Source of the DNA: Streptosporangiaceae bacterium
GTDB lineage: Bacteria > Actinomycetota > Actinomycetes > Streptosporangiales > Streptosporangiaceae
DNA: 27,296 nucleotides
Direction: 5' to 3'
NCBI GenBank assembly: GCA_036401415.1
Contig: DASWVA010000205.1
Coordinates: 1 to 27,296, forward strand
This document shows positions 7,545-14,763 of the stretch, piece after piece; position 1 is the stretch's first letter, and each line of letters starts with the position of its first letter. The notes under the pieces were generated by a model. That model was not told the DNA's origin. It did no database searches and saw nothing but the letters and a program-made list of their open reading frames with translations. A program made the translations under genes and the position numbers.

Positions 7545-8063
7545 TCAGCCGCCGGGCGGGGCGGGTCGCGGCGGCTGCACGTAGTAGCGCAGCGTCGGCG
7601 TGAGCCCGGACGGCATCGACCACGGCGCGCGTTCGCGACCAGCGAGCCGCCACCCGGACTGCTCGTAGGCAGCGATCGCGGCCCGGGCGTCGTCGACGAC
7701 GTCGAGGACCGCGACCAGGCTGGCGGAGACGGCGCGAGCCGCGGCGGTCGCGAGTAGTTCGCGGGCCTGACCCGTCCGGCGTGCGGCCGGGTCGACGAAC
7801 AGGCGCACGACCCCGGCGAGCTCGTGTGCTTCCCGCCCGGTCGCCTGGAGCAGGCAGCCGGCCTGCGCTCCGCGGACCAGCCCGACATGACCAGCCACCG
7901 CACCGTCCTGCTCGGCCACCCACGCCGTGATCAGCCCCGGCGGGCACAGCCAGCCCGCCGGGTCGTCCGGCCAGCGAGCCGGGTAGCCGCTCCCATCATG
8001 GACACGCCGCAGCATCGCGACACAGGCGCCGAGGTCCTGCGCCCGGCGGGTCCGAATCGGCAC
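7545..8063 (-). CDS. GNAT-family N-acetyltransferase, 172 aa
   Basis: Motif A VVRLFVDPAARRTGQARELL and motif B AAIAAYEQSGW. TG-n-CAGACT -10 element (8071-8076) lies 7 nt before GTG, suggesting a leaderless start. Confidence 0.85.
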   Translation of the reverse strand: MPIRTRRAQDLGACVAMLRRVHDGSGYPARWPDDPAGWLCPPGLITAWVAEQDGAVAGHVGLVRGAQAGCLLQATGREAHELAGVVRLFVDPAARRTGQARELLATAAARAVSASLVAVLDVVDDARAAIAAYEQSGWRLAGRERAPWSMPSGLTPTLRYYVQPPRPAPPGG

Positions 8064-8173
8064 GCTGGGCAGTCTGCCACACTGCCGGGCACATGACCGA
8101 GCGCACGCGGGTCACGGGGTGTTCACCAGCGGGCTTGTGGTTGACTGGTCGTCCACTAGCACAGGGAGCATCG

Positions 8174-8455
8174 GTGACCCAGGAACCGGACGCGGTCGAT
8201 CCGCGTAACAACCGCGAATCGCAGGTGGCCGAGGAGTCGGCCAGCCAGACGGTGTCGCGCTCGAGTGCCGGAGGCCCCATCTTTTCGGGACTCCGCCCGG
8301 CGGACGCCGTCCCCGGCCAGTCCGATCTGGAGGACGGCGATCGCGGGGCCGGTACCGGCGGGGGAAACCCGCTGGATGGTGTGCTCATCGACCCGGCCGA
8401 TGCCGAGCAGGCCGTGCCGGGGGACGAGGGCCCGGAGCATCCCGGCCAGCGCTGA
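8174..8455 (+). CDS. Small acidic, low-complexity hypothetical protein, 93 aa
   Basis: AGGGAG RBS before GTG 8174; D/E/G/P-rich sequence; a hairpin follows the stop. No family recognised. Confidence 0.5.
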   Translation: MTQEPDAVDPRNNRESQVAEESASQTVSRSSAGGPIFSGLRPADAVPGQSDLEDGDRGAGTGGGNPLDGVLIDPADAEQAVPGDEGPEHPGQR

Positions 8456-8468
8456 CCGGCCTCAAGGT

Positions 8469-8491
8469 GGCGACGCCGAACAGGCGTCGCC
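8469..8491 (+). terminator. Hairpin, probable terminator of the small acidic gene
   Basis: GGCGACGCC-GAACA-GGCGTCGCC, a perfect 9-bp stem 13 nt after TGA 8455. Confidence 0.5.
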
Positions 8492-8496
8492 CCAGC

Positions 8497-8525
8497 TTGA
8501 CGAACACCCGGCGCTCAGGAAGAGT
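8497..8525 (+). promoter_or_regulatory. Putative housekeeping-sigma promoter for the leader and APH-like gene
   Basis: TTGACG (8497-8502), 17-nt spacer, AAGAGT (8520-8525; one mismatch to TANNNT). The predicted TSS near 8532 is just before the structured leader. Confidence 0.45.
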
Positions 8526-8533
8526 TTCCGTCA

Positions 8534-8663
8534 CGGTGCCGACCGGTCGCCGAGCTGTGGAACATCTGCCCCAGCCGGGGTTTCACTGGCGAAGGGGATT
8601 GCCCTCTCGGTCGTCACCGCCGCAAGCCGCTGAGGGACGAGGGTGTCAAGTGGAGGCTTGTCC
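8534..8663 (+). ncRNA. Candidate structured cis-regulatory 5' leader (family not recognised)
   Basis: Hand-derived pairings: P1 8534-8546/8607-8619 (12 of 13 positions pair, one C-U mismatch), P2 UCGCC 8547-8551/GGCGA 8588-8592, CCCC-AGCC-GGGG hairpin 8569-8580, AGGG/CCCU 8593-8605. CAAGCC 8623-8628 can pair with GGCUUG 8655-8660, overlapping the GGAGG RBS (8652-8656). Confidence 0.45.
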
Positions 8664-9640
8664 ATGACCAGGGACGCCAGCTTCAAGAAGGTGTTCCGCC
8701 GTCACGCGGAGGAGACTGGTCAGCGCTATACCGAAGCGCTGACCGATCTCGAAGGTCTCGGTGCGCGAATGCACCACGAGCCAGCTTCTTAACGGCTGCT
8801 CGATCATCTGCGGGATCGTTACGGCATCGACCCGGCCGCGGGCCGGTGTTGAGGGCGACGCCGCGATCCTGCGCTTCCCGGAGCGGCAGGACTATCCCGC
8901 GGAGCGCCTCGCGGCCGATGATGCCGTATCTGACTTCGGCGGCAGCGCGGTCCTGGTGACGCGGTTCGCCGAAGGCGGCGCGCTCCCTGACGGCGCAGAG
9001 AAGTTCACCATGATGGGTGTGCTGCTCGGGCGGCTGCACGCGCTGCCCTACGACGAAACCGCCGCCCGCCCGGGTGGATCAAGCGGTGAGGACCCGAGCC
9101 GTGAGGGCGCGCCCGTCAGGACCTGCTGGCGGCCCCGTCATTTCTCGACGCCGCCGACACCAAGGTGCCAGCCGCCGAGCGTGATCGATTCGAGCGGCTC
9201 AGGGACATGGTGCGCTCGGCTGACGGCGCTCACGGCCTCCCGGAAGGCCTGCTTCACGGAAACCTCCTGCACGCCCCCGATCACGCCGTCCTGACCGGAC
9301 GAGGGCCGGTCGCGATCAACTGGAAGGCGTCCGGGCGCGGGCCGCGCCTGGCCGACTTGGCCTACCTGATCTGGGGCACCGGTTCGTGGCACCCTCGCCA
9401 GCCGAACCCGGCGTGGATCGACGCTGCCGTCAGCACCTACCGCCGGCATGTCGAGCCGACCGACGACGAACTGGACCGGCTCGAAGCGGTCATGTACATC
9501 CGGCCGCTCTACCTCGCCTGTTTCAGTTACCGGCGTGCCATCACCAATGGCGTCAAGTTCCGTGAGTGGGACTTCACCGGTCCACCTGAATACTTCAGCT
9601 CTACCGCCGCGGCCACCCGGGCCGCGTTCCGCCGGCAGGC
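8664..9640 (+). pseudogene. Aminoglycoside-phosphotransferase (APH/choline kinase)-fold protein, disrupted
   Basis: GGAGG plus ATG 8664 (MTRDASFKKVFRRHAEETGQRYTEAL...). In-frame TAA at 8790-8792 inside HEPAS*RLLDHLRDRYGIDP; frame change near 8833; 1-nt frameshift near 9112. Kinase-fold motifs GVLLGRLHAL, LLHGNLLHAPDH, VAINWKASGRGPRLADLAYL. No stop at the expected end; the frame runs antisense into the next gene up to 9827. Confidence 0.8.
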
Positions 9641-9672
9641 CGTCATGCCGGGCGGGCCGGCCATCAACGCGG

Positions 9673-10521
9673 TCAGCGGTCGCGCAGGACCTCGATCAGC
9701 ACTGAGTCGTCCTGGCGCCCCAGCCCCCGGTCATGCCCGCGCTGGAACAGCTCGCGGGCCGCCGCGGCCAGCGGTACCTGTGCCCCCGCATCCCCGGCCG
9801 CCCCGGTCACCAGCCCCATGTCCTTGACGAAGATGTCCAGGGCGCTGCGCACCTGGCCGAACTGCCCGGCCACCATCCGCGTCCCGCGGTCGTCGAACAT
9901 GAACGACGCCGCCGCCCCGTCTCGCAGGACCTCCCAGCACTCACCCGGATCCAGGCCCAGCGACTCAGCGAACGACAGGGCCTCAGCGGCCGCGGCGATG
10001 TGAACTCCGCACAGGAGCTGGTTGACCAGCTTCATGCGCTGGCCGTCGCCGGGGGAGGGGCCGACCACCGGGGCGGTGCGCGCCAGTGCGCCGAGCAACG
10101 GCGCAATCCGCGTCACCGCATCGTCCGGGCCGCCCACCAGGATCAGCAGGTCGCCCTGGCCGGCCCGGGTGACCCCGCCGGAGACCGGCGCGTCGACCAC
10201 CGCGAGCCCGGCCGCCTCCAGCCGGGCCGCGGCCGTCACCACCGCGTCCGGCCCCACCGTCGACATGATCACCACGACCTGCCCGGGAGTCAGCGAGGCG
10301 GCCGCGCCGGACAGCACCTGGCCGAGCTGGTCCGGCGTGGCCACCATCACCACCACGGCGTCCGCGCCGGTCACCGCGGCCGCCACCGACCCGGCCGGTT
10401 CGGCACCCTCGGGAGCCCGGCCCGGCACCACGTCATAGGCCGCCACCGAATGTCCCGCCGCGACCAGGCGGCCCGCCATCGGCGCGCCCATGGCGCCCAG
10501 CCCCAGCCATCCGACCCGCAT
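9673..10521 (-). CDS. ltnD: NAD(P)-dependent 3-hydroxyisobutyrate-dehydrogenase-family enzyme, L-threonate dehydrogenase-like, 282 aa
   Basis: GLGAMG, DAPVSGG, catalytic Lys in MKLVNQLLCGVHIAAAAEA, SALDIFVKDMG. ATG immediately follows the kinase TAA, with a GGAGGAG RBS. Adjacent to a DUF1537 kinase. Confidence 0.8.
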   Translation of the reverse strand: MRVGWLGLGAMGAPMAGRLVAAGHSVAAYDVVPGRAPEGAEPAGSVAAAVTGADAVVVMVATPDQLGQVLSGAAASLTPGQVVVIMSTVGPDAVVTAAARLEAAGLAVVDAPVSGGVTRAGQGDLLILVGGPDDAVTRIAPLLGALARTAPVVGPSPGDGQRMKLVNQLLCGVHIAAAAEALSFAESLGLDPGECWEVLRDGAAASFMFDDRGTRMVAGQFGQVRSALDIFVKDMGLVTGAAGDAGAQVPLAAAARELFQRGHDRGLGRQDDSVLIEVLRDR

Positions 10522-12003
10522 TTACGTCTCCTCCCGGTCGCCGTTGAGGATCGCCACCACTTCGGCCAGTGTGCCGTCGTCACCGACGTTGCCGGCGAAC
10601 ACCACGTAGGGCCGGCCGGCCGCCCCGGGCGCGGCGTCCAGGGGACGGAAAACCGAGATCACGCCCGGGAACAGCTGCCCGGCGACTTCGGCGCGGCGGA
10701 TGCCCAGGCCGTGCACGGCCACGTCGTGCGAGGTGATCCCGCCCTTGGCCACCACCCAGGCCGGCCCGGCGGCCAGCGTGTCCCGGACCACCTGGGACAG
10801 CGCCGCCGACACCGTGCGGGCGATGGCCAGGCTGCCGTCACGATCCTGGCCCCGCACCAGCGTCCGGCTGGTGTACAGCACCACGTCCGAATGCGTCAGC
10901 GCCGCCGTTACCGTGGCCGCCGCCGCGCTCACCACCTCCGTTCCGGCCAGCAGCGCGGGCACGTCCAGTTCCACTTCGGTCACGCCACCGCCTGCCCGCA
11001 GCGCGTCCACCTGACGGCTGGTCTGCCCGACGTGCGACCCGACCACCACCAGCCCGTGCCCGGCCCGGCCCGCCGGGGTTGCGGCGCGGCCGCTCCCCAG
11101 CAGCTCGGCGCCCCGCAGCGGTGCCTTCGGCCCCATCCCGGCCAGCGACCGGACGAAAGAAGGGCCGGTCCGGAACAGGAACGAACGGCCCGTGCGCTCG
11201 GCCAGCAGCGCCCCGTAGGCCACCGTGTCCAGGTCGGAGTACCCGGTGGCGTTGACCACCACCCACCGGCCGTCCCGCACCCCGGACAGGATCGCGGCCA
11301 CCCGGTCCGGCCCGCCATCCCGGATGTCGGCCAGGCTCAGGCTGAGCACGTCGTCGCGGCGGACCGCCCCGCCGCTCTTCTCGGCGACGAAGTCCCGCAG
11401 GTCCGACGAGGCGTACCCGAACGTGGCGTCCCGCGCGAACTCGGTCTCGCCCACCGGCACCAGGTGGGTGGCCGGGCCACTTCCCGTCCGGGCCCAGTGG
11501 ATGTCACCGGCGGTCACCCGCCCGGCTTCCACGAACGCCGGGACCAGCAGCACCCCGTCATAACCCTGCCCGGCCGTCGAACGCCGTACCGCCTGCAACG
11601 CACCAACCTCGGTCATCACGTGGCCCCGGAGGGTCGAATCGCTGCGGCTGACGAACTGCACCCGTCCCGGCACGCGGCCGCCCGCCGCCAGCAGCCCCCG
11701 CGCGACCCGGTTGTTCAGCGCCACCGCGTCCGCCCCGGCCAGCGAGCGCGTGTTGGTCAGCACGAAACACGTTCCGGCCGGCCCGCTGAGCGCCGCCTGG
11801 TACGCGTCCTCGTCCTCCACCGTGACGACCTGGACGCCGTGCACGGCCTGGGAGCCGGTCGGGTCGTCGTCCAGCACGGCGAGCAGGAGCCGCCCATCAG
11901 TGCGCAGGGCCCGGATCGACGACCGGACCGCATCGTCGTCCGGGCGGGGCGGTGGCTGCGCGGCCAGCACCTCGGTGGCCGGTGGCAGGCTGTCCTGGCC
12001 CAA
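10522..12003 (-). CDS. Four-carbon acid sugar kinase (DUF1537 family), about 493 aa
   Basis: VLDDDPTGSQ, SRSDSTLRGH, PAFVEAGRVT, VVVGSHVGQTSRQV, VAKGGITSHDV, VVFAGNVGD. Best start is TTG 12003 with GGAGG 9 nt upstream. Confidence 0.9.
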   Translation of the reverse strand: MGQDSLPPATEVLAAQPPPRPDDDAVRSSIRALRTDGRLLLAVLDDDPTGSQAVHGVQVVTVEDEDAYQAALSGPAGTCFVLTNTRSLAGADAVALNNRVARGLLAAGGRVPGRVQFVSRSDSTLRGHVMTEVGALQAVRRSTAGQGYDGVLLVPAFVEAGRVTAGDIHWARTGSGPATHLVPVGETEFARDATFGYASSDLRDFVAEKSGGAVRRDDVLSLSLADIRDGGPDRVAAILSGVRDGRWVVVNATGYSDLDTVAYGALLAERTGRSFLFRTGPSFVRSLAGMGPKAPLRGAELLGSGRAATPAGRAGHGLVVVGSHVGQTSRQVDALRAGGGVTEVELDVPALLAGTEVVSAAAATVTAALTHSDVVLYTSRTLVRGQDRDGSLAIARTVSAALSQVVRDTLAAGPAWVVAKGGITSHDVAVHGLGIRRAEVAGQLFPGVISVFRPLDAAPGAAGRPYVVFAGNVGDDGTLAEVVAILNGDREET

Positions 12004-12045
12004 TTGGCCATCCCTCCGCGTCGGCCACGGCGGTGGTCCCGCCCG

Positions 12046-12051
12046 TAAGAT
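12046..12051 (+). promoter_or_regulatory. -10 element for leaderless denD
   Basis: TAAGAT 6 nt before ATG 12058, within a 54-bp divergent intergenic region with no SD. Confidence 0.5.
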
Positions 12052-12057
12052 CACCCT

Positions 12058-13056
12058 ATGGTGAACGTGCTCATCACCGGCGGCTCGGGTTTCCTCGGCG
12101 CCCGCCTGGCCCGCGAGCTGCTGGCCGCCGGGTCGATCGGGACCGACGGCCAGGCCGCCGAGCCCATCAGCCAGCTGACCCTGGTCGACCGGGTCCCGCT
12201 GCCGCCGGATCTGGCCGGCCGCCCCGCCGTGACCGGGATTGAAGGTGACCTGCTTGAGCTGGTCAGCCCGGGCGGGAGCGGCCTGGGCGCCGTGGCCGCC
12301 GCCGACGTGATCTTTCACCTGGCCGCGGCGGTCAGCGCGGAGTGCGAAGCCGACTTCGACCTTGGGATCCGGGCCAACCTGCGGTCGACCGAGGCGCTGC
12401 TGGCCGCGGCCCGGTCGGCCGGGACCCACCCGCTGCTGGTCTTCGCCAGCTCGGTGGCGGCGTTCGGCGACTCGCCCGATCATCCGCTGCCCGAGCCGGT
12501 GGACGATCAGACCGCGCCGTACCCGCAGACCAGCTACGGCGTGCAGAAGGTCATCTGCGAGCAGCTGGTGGCCGACTACACGCGCAAGGGCTACCTGCGC
12601 GGCCGGGCCGTGCGCCTGATGACCGTGTGCGTGCGTCCCGGCCGGCCGAACGCGGCCGCCTCGGGCTTCATGTCCAGCATCATCCGGGAGCCGCTGGCCG
12701 GCCAGCGGGCCGTCTGCCCGGTCACCCCGGACACCGGTGTGGTGCTGTCCTCACCCGCGAACACCATCCGCGGCCTGCTCCGGGCCGCGTCCGCCGACGC
12801 CGGGGCCTGGGGCGGCCGCAGCCCGGTCAACCTGCCCGCGCTCAACATCACCATCGGTGAGATGGTCCAGGCCCTGGAACAGGCGGCCGGGCCCCGGACG
12901 GCCGCGCTGATCGACTGGCGGCCCGATCGCGCCATCCAGCAGATCTGCGCCGCGTGGCCCGGGCGGCTCCGCGCTGACCGGGCCGGGCGCCTGGGCCTGG
13001 CCCCGGACCCGGACTTCCGATCGATCATCGACCAGCACCTCGCCGAGACCCGCTGA
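12058..13056 (+). CDS. denD: NAD-dependent epimerase/dehydratase-type extended SDR, D-erythronate dehydrogenase-like, 332 aa
   Basis: ITGGSGFLG, FHLAAAVSAECEADFDLG, FASSVAAFG, SYGVQK (YxxxK), RPGRPNAAASGFMSSIIREPLAG. Divergent from the DUF1537 kinase. Confidence 0.82.
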   Translation: MVNVLITGGSGFLGARLARELLAAGSIGTDGQAAEPISQLTLVDRVPLPPDLAGRPAVTGIEGDLLELVSPGGSGLGAVAAADVIFHLAAAVSAECEADFDLGIRANLRSTEALLAAARSAGTHPLLVFASSVAAFGDSPDHPLPEPVDDQTAPYPQTSYGVQKVICEQLVADYTRKGYLRGRAVRLMTVCVRPGRPNAAASGFMSSIIREPLAGQRAVCPVTPDTGVVLSSPANTIRGLLRAASADAGAWGGRSPVNLPALNITIGEMVQALEQAAGPRTAALIDWRPDRAIQQICAAWPGRLRADRAGRLGLAPDPDFRSIIDQHLAETR

Positions 13057-13075
13057 ATCCCGCCTGGTCCAGCCG

Positions 13076-13801
13076 ATGACCGTGCTGATCGGCACCTCGG
13101 GATGGAGTTACGCCCACTGGGAGCCCGAGCTGTATCCGCCGGGGCTGCCGGCCCGCGACCGGCTGGCCCGGTACGCAGGCGAGTTCCGCACCGCCGAGCT
13201 GAACAGCAGCTTCTACCGCTGGCCGCCGCCCGCGTCGTTCGCGTCCTGGCGCCGCCGGCTGCCTCCGGGGTTCCTGCTGTCAGTCAAGGCCCCGCGCGGC
13301 CTGACCCACGCGCGCAAGCTGTACGCCCCCGAGCCGTGGATCGAGCGGCTACGGGCCGGCTGGCACGAGCTGGGCGACCGGCGCGCCGTGCTCCTGGTCC
13401 AGCTGGCGCCGGCGCAGGCGCGCGACGACGCACGCCTGGAGTACTTCCTGCGCCTGGTTCCGCCCTGGATCCGGCTGGCCTTTGAGTTCCGCCACCCGAG
13501 CTGGCACCACGACGACGTGCTGGCCCGGCTCGAAGCACACGGCGCCGCCTACTGCGTGCTGAGCGGGGCCAGCCTGCCGTGCCTGCTCCGGGTCACGGCC
13601 GGGTTCGTCTATGTCCGGCTGCACGGCCCCGACCACCACCATCTGTACGCCGGTTCCTACAGCGACGCTGACCTGCGCTGGTGGGCGGACCGGTGCCGGG
13701 AATGGAGCAGCACCGGCCGGGACGTGTTTGTCTACTTGAACAACGACGGCGACGCCCACGCGGTGCGGAACGCCCGCACGCTGATCGCCCTCACGTCCTA
13801 A
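13076..13801 (+). CDS. DUF72 (YecE-like) protein, 241 aa
   Basis: IGTSGWSY, ELNSSFYRWP, SVKAPRGLTH, LLVQL, AFEFRHPSW, YVRLHG, VFVYLNND. Confidence 0.92.
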   Translation: MTVLIGTSGWSYAHWEPELYPPGLPARDRLARYAGEFRTAELNSSFYRWPPPASFASWRRRLPPGFLLSVKAPRGLTHARKLYAPEPWIERLRAGWHELGDRRAVLLVQLAPAQARDDARLEYFLRLVPPWIRLAFEFRHPSWHHDDVLARLEAHGAAYCVLSGASLPCLLRVTAGFVYVRLHGPDHHHLYAGSYSDADLRWWADRCREWSSTGRDVFVYLNNDGDAHAVRNARTLIALTS

Positions 13802-14691
13802 CCGGCCGCCGGGCCCGCTTCGGCCTGCTGGCTGGCCGGGACCGCGGTGGCCCGCTCGATGGCTCCCCAGCCGGTGTCCTGCTCGCGCTCGGCGTCCTCG
13901 GCGGGCCGGCCGCCGCGTACCCCGAACAGCCGCTTGGCCACCACCAGATAGACCGCGATGGCCAGGTTGAGGATGAACGTGATCAGCTTCAGCGCGGAAA
14001 TGCCCTTGGCCAGTTCGTCGAGCTCATACGGGATGAAGACGATGGTGGCGATGAACGTCAGGTACTCGGCCCACCGCTTGCCCAGCCACAGCCCGACCGT
14101 CTCGACCCCCTCCAGTGCCGCATAGGCCGCCACGCCCGCGCCCACCAGGTAGAGGTTGTTCGTGCTGACCGCGAACAGCCGCTGCAGGTCGTGCACGACG
14201 CCGTGGTGGCTGGGGTTGACCGGTCCGCCCAGGCCGCCCTGGAGGTCATTGAGGATCCTGGTGAAATCGGCGTTCAGCGTGACCTTGTTGTTGGCGAACA
14301 GGAAGATCGCCGCGGCCAGCGCGGACAGCACCAGGAAGTGGATGGCGCGCTCGACCGCGATGACGCGCAGGACGTACTTGTCCCGCAGCGGGCGGCCGCG
14401 CAGCGGCAGGGTCACCTCAGCCCGGTCCGGCGGGAACCGGGTCGCGGCGTCGCCGGGCGGGGCCAGCGCGATCCACGAGTCGCAGCGCAGGCAGCGGTAC
14501 CAGCGCAGGCCGCCGAACTCCCGGGCGAACAGGTCGTCCCCGGATCGCAGTCCGGCCGCGTCGGTGCCCAGCAGCTCGTGCCCGTGCAGCCCGCAGCCGA
14601 TCAGCTCGTACCGCAGTTTGGGGCGAAACCGCCGCGGCTGCTCTGCTCCCGGCGGAACGACCGCCGGCCCCGTGCTGTCCCCAGTGGCCAT
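13798..14691 (-). CDS. DUF2127-domain membrane protein with a Cys/His-rich N-terminal domain, 297 aa
   Basis: RVIAVER...YAALEGVETVGLWLGKRWAEYLTFIATIVFIPYEL...NLAIAVYLV. N-terminus has CGLHGH and RCLRCDSW. TAGCCT (14698-14703) lies 6 nt before ATG 14691. Its stop overlaps the DUF72 stop. Confidence 0.83.
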   Translation of the reverse strand: MATGDSTGPAVVPPGAEQPRRFRPKLRYELIGCGLHGHELLGTDAAGLRSGDDLFAREFGGLRWYRCLRCDSWIALAPPGDAATRFPPDRAEVTLPLRGRPLRDKYVLRVIAVERAIHFLVLSALAAAIFLFANNKVTLNADFTRILNDLQGGLGGPVNPSHHGVVHDLQRLFAVSTNNLYLVGAGVAAYAALEGVETVGLWLGKRWAEYLTFIATIVFIPYELDELAKGISALKLITFILNLAIAVYLVVAKRLFGVRGGRPAEDAEREQDTGWGAIERATAVPASQQAEAGPAAG

Positions 14692-14763
14692 CACCGCAGG
14701 CTACCCATTCGCCCACCGCCTTAACGGAGGGCCGAGGGGCCCGGTAAAGTCCGGGGTCCGGCT

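Noticed and set aside
8534-8663. Assignment of the leader to the cobalamin or ZTP riboswitch class (CUGCCCC and CACUGG..GAAGG fragments)
   Set aside because: The other required conserved elements and their order are missing, and the downstream gene has no matching function. Kept as an unassigned candidate RNA.
11757-12011. ATG 12011 next to GGAGG as the kinase start, or a programmed frameshift
   Set aside because: The SD is only 1 nt from that ATG and the frame is not kinase-like; TTG 12003 is in frame with normal SD spacing.
9733-12048. 771-aa plus-strand ORF
   Set aside because: Antisense shadow of ltnD and the DUF1537 kinase; Arg/Gly/Pro/His-rich with no motifs, as expected in stop-poor high-GC DNA.
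13798-13801. Overlapping stop codons of convergent DUF72 and DUF2127 (CTAA)
   Set aside because: Common compact arrangement; no evidence of antisense regulation from sequence alone.
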